Shown here piece after piece: positions 8,155-16,357 of a DNA stretch of 20,175 nt; the stretch's first letter is position 1, and each line of letters starts with the position of its first letter. The position numbers and the translations under genes are program-made. The notes beneath the pieces are model-generated. The model searched no databases, had not been told where the DNA came from, and saw only the letters and a list, made by a program, of their open reading frames with translations. Where the stretch lies: assembly GCA_041615815.1 (NCBI GenBank), contig JBFJCP010000048.1, forward strand, positions 1-20,175, in the 5' to 3' direction. The DNA comes from Gemmatimonadales bacterium (GTDB lineage: Bacteria > Gemmatimonadota > Gemmatimonadetes > Gemmatimonadales > GWC2-71-9).

Positions 8155-9462
8155 CTACTCCGTCTCGGGGCGGCGACTCAATCGATAGAGCAACACAGCC
8201 GCACGCTTGGCCTGCAGGGTCAACGTTGGCAAGTCGATGCGCTCGTTCACCGTGTGATCGTCACCGCCTCCGGGGCCCAACCCATCGATGGCCATTTCGA
8301 CCAGCCCCGCAGTAAAGGAGATGTCTGCAGCGCCTGCGGACCGGGGATCGACCGCGGTCACGGGGCCGAACCCCAGATCGCGACTCACCCGATCAAAGAG
8401 CGCCAGCAGCTGTCGATTGCCTTCGGTGGGTGCGAGTGGCGGATACGAATCATTGAACGTCAGATCGGCCGAGGTGAGCGGGAGATTGTGTGCGGCGATC
8501 CGTTGCATCCGCTCTTTGGCATGGGCGAGTTGTTCAGCGGATATGGTCCGAATATCGCCGCTCACCACGGCGTGCTCCGCCACGACGTTGCTCTTGCCAA
8601 AGGCGCCACCGCGGGACTGGCTGTCGTCATACTCGACCTCGGTGCCAGCGACCATGACGCCGGGATTGAACGTCAAGAAACGCTCGCCGGAGAGATCTTC
8701 GAAGAACCTATACAGAATGCGCGAAGCCTCGTAGATCGCACCCACGCCCACGTTGTCGCGAAAAATCTGAGAGGAATGGGCCGCACGCCCGGTGACCCGA
8801 AGCTGCCACCCAGTGGAGCCGCGGCGCGCGATCACGGCCGTCCGCGGATCGCTGTCCCCGTTTTCGAAACCGATGGCGATGTCCGCCCACTCTGCAGCCT
8901 CGACCAACACCTTTCTCGCACGATCCAGGGGTCTTCCGCTCCTCTCTTCGTCCCCGGTCATCACTACCGTCACATTCATGCCGTCGAGCGCACCGGCGGC
9001 CTGGAGAGCCTTGAGCGCGTACACGATCACCACGTCGCCGCCCTTCATGTCGACAACGCCCGGTCCGAGCGCGGTCGAAGCGTCCGTGGCCTGGAAACGC
9101 TGAAAAGGGCTGTCAAGCTCGAAGACCGTGTCGAGATGCCCAATCAGGAGGAGCCGTGGTCCGCTTCCCCGCCGGTGAGCCACCAGGTGACCGGCCCGCT
9201 CGAACGCAGCCCCGTCGATCCATTCGGTTGCAAAGCCGAGCGCATCCAGCTCGGCACGAAATACGCCCCCCACCTCACGCACCCCGCTGAAGTTCATCGT
9301 ACCGCTGTTGATGTTGACCACCCGCTCCAGGAGGGCGCGGGCGCCCGACGCCTGGGCATCGAGGTATTCCACGAGCTGCCGTTCCGTGAGAGCATCCTGG
9401 GCGGCGAGGGGGAGGCCGCCCGCAAACAGGGTAACGGCCGTGAGCAAAGTGATTATGCGCAT
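8155..9462 (-). CDS. Secreted M20 family metallopeptidase (glutamate carboxypeptidase G2-like), 435 aa
   Basis: GHLDTVF, GPGVVDMKGG, GDEE, GRAAHSS, AADISF, DHTVNE motifs; signal peptide MRIITLLTAVTLFAGGLPLAA-Q; GAGGAG RBS at 9467-9472. Confidence 0.92.
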   Translation of the reverse strand: MRIITLLTAVTLFAGGLPLAAQDALTERQLVEYLDAQASGARALLERVVNINSGTMNFSGVREVGGVFRAELDALGFATEWIDGAAFERAGHLVAHRRGSGPRLLLIGHLDTVFELDSPFQRFQATDASTALGPGVVDMKGGDVVIVYALKALQAAGALDGMNVTVVMTGDEERSGRPLDRARKVLVEAAEWADIAIGFENGDSDPRTAVIARRGSTGWQLRVTGRAAHSSQIFRDNVGVGAIYEASRILYRFFEDLSGERFLTFNPGVMVAGTEVEYDDSQSRGGAFGKSNVVAEHAVVSGDIRTISAEQLAHAKERMQRIAAHNLPLTSADLTFNDSYPPLAPTEGNRQLLALFDRVSRDLGFGPVTAVDPRSAGAADISFTAGLVEMAIDGLGPGGGDDHTVNERIDLPTLTLQAKRAAVLLYRLSRRPETE

Positions 9463-9629
9463 GGGGCTCCTCATGAGAGCGGAACGCCGGATCCGCGCCA
9501 CTCGCGGATCATGTTTCCGGAACGCATCTTCATGTCGTTCAATGAATGATAGCACCAGGAGAAGCGAACGGACGTGCACAACATGATCATGCCCGGGCCG
9601 CAGAGGAAGCCGCACACCAGGGACGGTTC

Positions 9630-10091
9630 GTGACCGCCCGGCACCTCAAGCTCGGCCTCGTCATCTTTTGGGCGGTTTGGTCATCGGTCGTCTTTCTCAC
9701 AAACGTCACCGACGCACTGCGTGAGATGGGTGTACTTCCGCCCGAGTACCCCTTGGCCTCCGGCAACTACGCGGCTGTGGTGGAAGTGACGGCGATTTAC
9801 CCCCTCCCCGGTGCTGTTGCCGGGCTCCTCTTCACCATCGTGCTCGTCTGGGAGGGCGGAAACGCAGCGTTGTTCTGGCGCGCCCTCCGGCTGCGGACGC
9901 GGTGGCAGGGCGGCGACCTCCGATCCGTGAACACCGCGTTCATCGTGGCGCTCGCGCTCTGGGCCGCCTTCATGGTAATGGATGAAGTGTTCCTCGCATA
10001 CAAGGTCGCCAGTTTCGAGCAAACCCACCGCGCGATCTTCATCGCAATGCTCGTATCGTTCTTGGCGGTGAGGTTATTGCCGGATCGGTGA
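9630..10091 (+). CDS. Small integral membrane protein (about 4 TM), resembles DUF2165, 153 aa
   Basis: Four hydrophobic segments; N-V-T-D after TM1, W-E in TM2 and F-M-x-x-x-E-x-F after TM3 recall DUF2165 from memory. GTG start at 9630 is inferred. Confidence 0.7.
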   Translation: MTARHLKLGLVIFWAVWSSVVFLTNVTDALREMGVLPPEYPLASGNYAAVVEVTAIYPLPGAVAGLLFTIVLVWEGGNAALFWRALRLRTRWQGGDLRSVNTAFIVALALWAAFMVMDEVFLAYKVASFEQTHRAIFIAMLVSFLAVRLLPDR

Positions 10092-10154
10092 GGAGCCAGA
10101 ACGCAGCGGCAGCAACGACAGGAGCGACAGACGAAATCTCAGCCAGGAGCTTCG

Positions 10155-10562
10155 ATGAACGTTCAGGTCGGCCAAACCGCCACTCGCACGATGACCGTCA
10201 CCGCGGAACAGGTGGAGACCTACGCACAGCTCACCGGGGACCGCAATCCGCTGCATTTCGACCAGGCGTTCGCCTCGGCAACCCGGTTTGGTGGCCTCGT
10301 GGCGCAGGGTGGGCTCACCACGGGACTGCTCCATGCTCTCGTGGCCATGGACATGCCTGGCCCCGGCACCGTCTTCTTGAGCCAGAACTGGCGATTCACC
10401 GCTCCGGTCTATATCGGGGAGACCATCACCGCGCAGGCCACGGTACGGTCCGTCCATGACTCGAAGCCCGTGACGGAACTGTCCATCTCGATCGCCAAGC
10501 AGGACGGCACCGTGGTCCTAGAGGGCGACGCCTGGTGTTACGTCATGGCCGCACAATCGTGA
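10155..10562 (+). CDS. MaoC family hot-dog-fold dehydratase ((R)-enoyl-CoA hydratase/PhaJ-like), 135 aa
   Basis: Hydratase motif YAQLTGDRNPLHFD, plus MPGPGTVFLSQNWRFTAPVYIGETI; AGGAG RBS at 10145-10149. Confidence 0.93.
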   Translation: MNVQVGQTATRTMTVTAEQVETYAQLTGDRNPLHFDQAFASATRFGGLVAQGGLTTGLLHALVAMDMPGPGTVFLSQNWRFTAPVYIGETITAQATVRSVHDSKPVTELSISIAKQDGTVVLEGDAWCYVMAAQS

Positions 10563-10627
10563 ACACTCGCGAAATGCTCTTGCAGGATACATTTGTGCTC
10601 GAGCATACCCATCCCACGAGGTCAACC

Positions 10628-11524
10628 ATGGTCTTCCCCAAGATTCTCACGTTCACCACCCTAGCGTTGGTAGCCGCGCCCGGCCTCGCCCGGTCCCAGG
10701 ATGACATGGCCAACGTCCAGATCGAGATCGTTCCGGTCGCTGACGGCGTCTACATGCTGAAGGGGCGCGGCGGGAACATCGGTCTTTCCGTGGGCGAGGA
10801 TGGGGCGTTTCTCGTCGACGACCAATTCGCTCCGCTCACGCCCAAGATCCAGGCAGCGGTGTCTGCCGTGAGCACCCAGGCTATCGCCTTTGTGCTCAAC
10901 ACGCATTGGCACGGCGATCACACGGGGGGGAACGAAAACCTTGGCAAGGCGGGGGCGCTGATCGTGGCACATGAGAACGTGCGGAAGAGGATGAATCCGC
11001 AGGAGTTCAAGGACCTCGTCGGGCGCTCTCGACAAGATCCACCGGATGCCCTCCCCGTCGTGACGTTCAGCGATGCGATCAACTTCCACTGGAACGGCGA
11101 ACACATTCGTGGCTTCCACGTGGCGCATGCCCATACCGACGGCGATGTCGTGGTCATGTTTACGAACGCCAATGTGGTCCATATGGGCGATCTCTTCTTC
11201 AATGGCCGGTATCCCTTTGTGGATATGGAGAGTGGGGGAGGTCTGTACGGGGTGATCGCGGCGGCGAACCAGGTGCTCGAGATGGCCGATCCCCGGACCA
11301 AGATCGTCCCGGGTCACGGGGAGCTCGCGGCTCCTGTGGACCTCGAGGCCTATCGGGACATGCTCGTGACCGTGCGCGACCGCGTGCAGCGCCTCATGAG
11401 GGAAGGCAAGACGGAGGATCAGGTCGTGGCGGCGAACCCGACGGCCGATCTGGACGCCACGTGGGGAACCAACGCCGAGCGCTTTGTTCGCGCGGTATAC
11501 AAGAGCGTGGGGAGCGGTCGATGA
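10628..11524 (+). CDS. Secreted MBL-fold metallo-hydrolase (cyclase-like subgroup), 298 aa
   Basis: NTHWHGDHTGGN, AHTDGD, HMGDLFF, IVPGHG motifs; signal peptide ending LARS-Q; GAGG RBS before ATG 10628. Confidence 0.92.
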   Translation: MVFPKILTFTTLALVAAPGLARSQDDMANVQIEIVPVADGVYMLKGRGGNIGLSVGEDGAFLVDDQFAPLTPKIQAAVSAVSTQAIAFVLNTHWHGDHTGGNENLGKAGALIVAHENVRKRMNPQEFKDLVGRSRQDPPDALPVVTFSDAINFHWNGEHIRGFHVAHAHTDGDVVVMFTNANVVHMGDLFFNGRYPFVDMESGGGLYGVIAAANQVLEMADPRTKIVPGHGELAAPVDLEAYRDMLVTVRDRVQRLMREGKTEDQVVAANPTADLDATWGTNAERFVRAVYKSVGSGR

Positions 11525-11633
11525 ACCACCTGATTGATGCGCGACCGCTACACAGCGGGGATTAACATGACTGGCGCGAGCGAATCTCAGGCACCACATT
11601 GAATCGACTCCGCCCCTTCCTCGATCGCGCCAG

Positions 11634-13091
11634 ATGAAGACGACGCAGGAAACTCCTCCCTCTCGGCCGGCGATCCACGTATATGTCGCCGGGCAGGACA
11701 CGTCCGCCAAGTTCATGCAGGCCTTCCACATCGGGCGCGCGCCGAGCAACGATGTCGTCCTGGATGACGAGTCCGTGAGTCTCGAGCATGCCGAAGTCTG
11801 GTACGAGCGGGGACAGTGGTGGATACGAGACCTCGACAGTACCAACGGGACGATCGTCGGTGGGCGCGCCGTGGACCAAGCGCCGGTGACAGGGTCGCTC
11901 AAGCTGCGACTCGGCTTCGACGGCCCCGCGCTCACTCTGTCGTTGGAGGGAGCCGAGCATCACCGTCGCGAGACTCTCGCGACACAACCCTCGGATGACG
12001 AGATCGTCGAGCGGTATCTCGGCGACGAGGAACCGGATGACATGAGCAGGCGCACCGAAATGGTGCGACGGGTCTTGAAGCACGAACACGAACGGCGCTC
12101 GCAAAAGTACGTCTTCTTTCTCCTGATCCTCTTTCTCACCGCCGTCGGAGCAGGCGCCTACGCCTTCATTCAACGCCAGGCGGTGCAGCGACAGCGGGCG
12201 GCAGCGGCGGAGCTATTCTACGCCATGAAGGCCGTGGAGTTGGACGTGGCCAGTTTGCAGCTGAGCGCGAGCGAGCAGCAGACCTATCGTGACCGTCGCG
12301 CAGATCTCGAAAAGCGCTACCAGAATTTCATCGAGGAGTTGGGCATCTACGGAGCCGGAACTCCGGAGGTTGAACGACTCATCTACCGTGTCGTCCACAA
12401 GTTCGGAGAATCCGAAGTCAACGTTCCGAAGGCGTTCATCAAGGAGATCCGGCGCTATATCGACCGTTGGAAACGCTCCCCCCACCTCCCAGAAGCGATC
12501 GCTCGGGCCGGCAAACAGTCTTACGGACCGAGAATAGGGCAGATCATGCTGCAGCATGACATGCCGCCCGAGTTCTTCTACTTGGCACTCCAAGAGAGCG
12601 AATTCAAGCTCGAAGCGGTCGGTCCACAAACCCGTTTCGGTATCGCGAAGGGGATGTGGCAGATGATTCCCGGGACCGCGCGTGCGTACGGTCTCAAGAC
12701 TGGACCGCTCGTTGGAACCCGACGATACGATCCTCGCGACGACCGTCACGATTTCGAGAAGTCCACGGCGGCCGCCGCCGAGTACCTCCGCGACATCTAC
12801 ACGACTGACGCACAGGCCTCCGGACTGCTCGTCATGGCATCGTACAACTGGGGGCAGACCCGGCTTCTCCGCTTGATTCGCACGTTCCCAGAAAGCCCGG
12901 AAGAGCGGAACTTCTGGAAACTCCTGTCGCGATACCGCGACCGAATCCCGCAGGAGACCTACGACTACGTTCTCAAGATCGTGTCGGCCACGGTGATCGG
13001 TGAGAATCCGGCCTTGTTCGGACTGCAGTTCGACCCGCCGCTGGCATTTCTAGACGACCCGGCTGCCCAAAGCGAGCTCTTCGGTCCCTGA
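11634..13091 (+). CDS. FHA domain - transmembrane helix - MltD-like lytic transglycosylase (SLT) fusion, 485 aa
   Basis: FHA: IGRAPSNDVVL, VSLEHA, DLDSTNGT. TM: YVFFLLILFLTAVGAGAYAFI (about 12108-12170). SLT: LALQESEF (Glu 12594-12596), AKGMWQMIPGTA, ASYNWG, PQETYDYVLKI. Confidence 0.9.
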   Translation: MKTTQETPPSRPAIHVYVAGQDTSAKFMQAFHIGRAPSNDVVLDDESVSLEHAEVWYERGQWWIRDLDSTNGTIVGGRAVDQAPVTGSLKLRLGFDGPALTLSLEGAEHHRRETLATQPSDDEIVERYLGDEEPDDMSRRTEMVRRVLKHEHERRSQKYVFFLLILFLTAVGAGAYAFIQRQAVQRQRAAAAELFYAMKAVELDVASLQLSASEQQTYRDRRADLEKRYQNFIEELGIYGAGTPEVERLIYRVVHKFGESEVNVPKAFIKEIRRYIDRWKRSPHLPEAIARAGKQSYGPRIGQIMLQHDMPPEFFYLALQESEFKLEAVGPQTRFGIAKGMWQMIPGTARAYGLKTGPLVGTRRYDPRDDRHDFEKSTAAAAEYLRDIYTTDAQASGLLVMASYNWGQTRLLRLIRTFPESPEERNFWKLLSRYRDRIPQETYDYVLKIVSATVIGENPALFGLQFDPPLAFLDDPAAQSELFGP

Positions 13092-13177
13092 CCGACCGCC
13101 GTTCGTCCAGCGTCATCAACGAACTCCTTCACCACCCTGTGCGGTCAGAGTATCCGAACGTCATGAGGAGACATGGT

Positions 13178-14656
13178 ATGCCTGCGAACACCGAGCGGTA
13201 TTCGGCCAGCGAGCCGGCATCTCGACGACCATCGAGACACCACACGGCGTCCCAGGCGCGATTGATCACCGTAATCGTGGTAACCATGGCCGGCATCGCC
13301 ATCTGGCCGCCCATCCTAGCGGGGCAGAGCGAAGACGCATCAGCCTGGCAGCAACTGAGCCGCGACATCCTGCACGAGCTCATCGAGATCAATACGACGC
13401 ATTCCTCAGGGAGTACGACGAAAGCGGCCGAGGCCGTGGCCGCCCGTCTCCGGACCGAGGGTTTTCCGGAGGAGGACATCCACATACTGGGCCCGCACCC
13501 CGCCAAGGGAAACCTCGTCGTCCGATATCGCGGTCGAGGTGAGCGGCCACCGCTTCTCCTGCTCGCTCACCTCGACGTCGTGGAGGCCTTGCCGGAGGAC
13601 TGGTCGTTGGACCCGTTCACATTTCGCGAAGAGGATAGGTATTTCTACGGTCGTGGGACGACGGACGACAAGGATATGGCCGCTGCCTGGGTGGCCAACC
13701 TCATCAGGTGGAAGCGTGAGGCGTATCAGCCGAGTCGCGATCTGATTGTGGCGCTCACGGCCGACGAGGAAGGTGGACAATACAACGGTGTAGCCTGGCT
13801 CTTGGCCAACTATCGCGAACTCGTGGATGCCGAATACGCATTCAACGAGGGTGGGAGTGGACTACTCAAGAAGGGTGAGCCGCTCCTCAACGAGCTTCAG
13901 GCAAGTGAAAAAGTCTATTTGAGTTTCCGTCTGGAGGTAACCGATCCGGGAGGCCACAGCTCCCGGCCACGAAAGAACAATGCTATCTACCGACTGGCCG
14001 CCGCGCTCAGCCGGTTAGCCACCTACGATTTCCCCGTCACGCTCAATGAGATCACCCGCACCTTTTTCCTCCGGATGGCGCAGATCGAGACGGGCCAGAC
14101 GGCGACCGACATGTATGGGGTGACGCAGCGTCCGCCGGACCCCGAGGCCGTGGAGCGACTCGCGACCTCACCCTATTTCAACGCCATCATGCGAACCACC
14201 TGCGTGGCGACGTTGTTGGAGGCCGGGCATGCCGAAAACGCCTTGCCACAAACCGCCCGCGCGACGGTGAACTGTCGCATACTCCCGGACCACTCGCCGG
14301 AGGCGGTTGAGCGTACGCTGGTCCGTGTTCTAGCGGACACGGCCATCGGCATTTCACGTATCGGTATCCCCACGCCGAGCCCACCCTCACCGCTCGCTCC
14401 GGAGATCATGGAAGCAGCCGAACGGGTGACCGATGAGATCTGGCCGCGAACACCCGTGGTGCCCGTCATGCTCACCGGTGCAACCGACGGACTCTATCTT
14501 CGCAACGCGGGGATTCCAACGTATGGCATCTCCGGAATGTTTCACGACATCGATGACGTCCGCGCACACGGCAGAGATGAGCGCATTGCTGTTGGGGCAT
14601 TTTACGATGAGGTGCAGTTTCTGTACCGGTTGGTGAAGGAGCTGGCCGGGGGTTAG
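13178..14656 (+). CDS. Exported M20/M25/M40 family metallo-hydrolase, about 492 aa
   Basis: LAHLDVV, GRGTTDDK, TADEE, NEGG, GGHSSRP, GATDG, AHGRDER motifs. GAGGAG RBS at 13165-13170 before ATG 13178; hydrophobic segment ending ILAG-Q. Confidence 0.9.
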   Translation: MPANTERYSASEPASRRPSRHHTASQARLITVIVVTMAGIAIWPPILAGQSEDASAWQQLSRDILHELIEINTTHSSGSTTKAAEAVAARLRTEGFPEEDIHILGPHPAKGNLVVRYRGRGERPPLLLLAHLDVVEALPEDWSLDPFTFREEDRYFYGRGTTDDKDMAAAWVANLIRWKREAYQPSRDLIVALTADEEGGQYNGVAWLLANYRELVDAEYAFNEGGSGLLKKGEPLLNELQASEKVYLSFRLEVTDPGGHSSRPRKNNAIYRLAAALSRLATYDFPVTLNEITRTFFLRMAQIETGQTATDMYGVTQRPPDPEAVERLATSPYFNAIMRTTCVATLLEAGHAENALPQTARATVNCRILPDHSPEAVERTLVRVLADTAIGISRIGIPTPSPPSPLAPEIMEAAERVTDEIWPRTPVVPVMLTGATDGLYLRNAGIPTYGISGMFHDIDDVRAHGRDERIAVGAFYDEVQFLYRLVKELAGG

Positions 14657-14744
14657 GGGTTGGAATGAACAGTGACATGCTACGAGATGAGGAAAGTGAC
14701 GGAGTCGGATGTTGGGGGACCTGAAGTCACCCGCGAAGCAAGCG

Positions 14745-16178
14745 TTAGTTCACCCTCTGAAGTAACACCTGGAACCTCGGGTCGTCTTGAAGTGCAGCGA
14801 AACTGGGATCCCCCCGGAGGGTGGCGGCTGGTACGGGCACGTTGGAGACATAGCACTCGAGCTCCGCCAGAGCCTCCTCGCTCCGACCGAGTTGGGCAAA
14901 GGCGCGAGCGCGCTGGATGCAGAGACGCGGGTGGCCTGGTTTTACCACTTCCGCGATCGCGAGCATGGCGAGGGCGTGCCGAGGACGTTCCTGTTCGAGG
15001 AACATTCGGGGCTCGTAGAACGAGCTCCGTGAGAACACGTTCTCCAAGAGACGCTGCGCGGCTTGCGCTCGGAGACGATTATCGGTGTTCGCCGCATGGC
15101 GCTGGAGCTGCTCGACATCCAGCCGTTCGAGGGCTTGCTCCAGCGACGGAGGATCCTCGGCCGAGTCGACTTCGCCAAGAAACCGTTGCAGCTGTGCCAA
15201 GTACCTCGAGAAACGATCGACAGCAGCCGTGAGCTCTTTGCTCGTCTCCTGAACCTCAGGGGCGGTTCCGAGTCGTCTCGCCTCCGCCGCGGCCGCGTCC
15301 ACGTCACGAAGCCCCTCGAAGTCCTCGACCATGGCCTGATAGCGCTCGAAGGCCTGGTAAAGGTCTTGAGCCTCCAGGTGTCGCGCAGCATCCTCTGCCC
15401 GTGCGCGATAGAGGGAATCGATGAGAGCGGTGTCCCTCTTGCGGAGTCCATCGAGCATCGCACCGAGCTCCATCCACTCTATGGCACGCTCGAGAACGTC
15501 CTGCGGTGGCCAGGAGTGGGAGCCCTCGAAATACTCGATCCGATGGCGAATTCCGAACGCCTCCAGGGCGTCATCGAGCGCTCGGACCTCGTCGAAGTTG
15601 AAATCCGCAGTCCCGACGGCCCCGTAGTACGCGAACGGGGTTCCCATGGCCGGAGTGATGCGTGACAGGAATGCAGGCTCGGGGATGCCGGCGCCGAAGC
15701 CGATCACCCCTGCCACGTGCCCGCTCAACTGATATCCGAATAGCCAGCTCACGCGGGCCGTCCCTGAGAATCCAACCAGGTAGATTCGTCTCACGTCGGC
15801 AGCGAAACGGCGCTCGGTCTCGTCCACCAAGGCTTCGAGGGCCCGAGCATTGGGCTCGTGCGGGCCATCGCTCAGGGTATTGTACGAGCTCAGGACGATA
15901 TAGCCGCGGCGCTCAGCCACCGTTCGCAGCAAGCGCATCGGTACGAGAGCCCTGCCCCGCGGATCCATGGCGTAGATGATGGGCCATGCTCGATCCTCGC
16001 GGTATGCCGAGGGCAGATACAGCGCATAGGCCTGCGCAGAATCCGAGCGAGCGACAACCCGCTCCACGATCTCACCGAGCGGGAAGTCCCTCCCGCGGTG
16101 AGGCGATTCCTGGGCGAGCGCGCTGGAGCCTGCCACCAGCAGGACAACGACCGACGCCATTGGGCTGCGCATTTGCAT
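14745..16178 (-). CDS. Secreted alpha/beta hydrolase (esterase-like) with helical/TPR-like C-terminal half, about 477 aa
   Basis: YALYLPS, MDPRGRA, GFSGTAR elbow, GTADFN (Asp), FEGSHSWP (His); C-terminal ARAFAQLGRSEEALAEL...DPSFAALQDDPRF typical of TPR-type tails. Start uncertain (ATG 16178, 16172 or 16160). Confidence 0.8.
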   Translation of the reverse strand: MQMRSPMASVVVLLVAGSSALAQESPHRGRDFPLGEIVERVVARSDSAQAYALYLPSAYREDRAWPIIYAMDPRGRALVPMRLLRTVAERRGYIVLSSYNTLSDGPHEPNARALEALVDETERRFAADVRRIYLVGFSGTARVSWLFGYQLSGHVAGVIGFGAGIPEPAFLSRITPAMGTPFAYYGAVGTADFNFDEVRALDDALEAFGIRHRIEYFEGSHSWPPQDVLERAIEWMELGAMLDGLRKRDTALIDSLYRARAEDAARHLEAQDLYQAFERYQAMVEDFEGLRDVDAAAAEARRLGTAPEVQETSKELTAAVDRFSRYLAQLQRFLGEVDSAEDPPSLEQALERLDVEQLQRHAANTDNRLRAQAAQRLLENVFSRSSFYEPRMFLEQERPRHALAMLAIAEVVKPGHPRLCIQRARAFAQLGRSEEALAELECYVSNVPVPAATLRGDPSFAALQDDPRFQVLLQRVN

Positions 16179-16357
16179 CAAACGATACAACTCGAATCCG
16201 AACGGATGTCACACCATACACGACGGCCGATGGGAGGTTTCACCAACGGCCACTGGCGAGCGGTTCGCGCAAGGCCAATCTTTCCTTCGCCATACGACGA
16301 CCGCGTCGTCGTCCGCGTCTCGCGAATAGGCCCTCCACGTTCTCAAGGTCTCGAGCG

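Noticed and set aside
9490..9510. Perfect 8-bp inverted repeat GATCCGCG-N5-CGCGGATC
   Set aside because: Single copy in a divergent intergenic region; no further evidence for a REP element, operator or terminator.
7846..9549. 567-aa plus-strand ORF
   Set aside because: Antisense shadow of the M20 peptidase; no motifs; long shadow ORFs are expected at high GC.
10628..11524. Metallo-beta-lactamase as antibiotic-resistance gene
   Set aside because: HxHxDH with GD at the bridging position and no B1 Cys; looks like the widespread cyclase-like MBL-fold group. Resistance cannot be claimed.
10661..11935. 424-aa minus-strand ORF
   Set aside because: Overlaps the well-supported MBL and FHA-SLT genes on the opposite strand; no motifs.
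13178..13260. Tat signal (SRRPS) in the second M20 peptidase
   Set aside because: Lacks the RRxFL consensus and is distant from the hydrophobic stretch.
16162..16177. Sigma-54-like GG-N10-GC element
   Set aside because: Poor match to TGGCAC and probably lies inside the hydrolase coding start.
15986..16357. First 124 aa of the 1050-aa ORF
   Set aside because: Arg/Pro-rich non-protein-like sequence overlapping the divergent hydrolase; signal-like peptide starts at 16358/16367.
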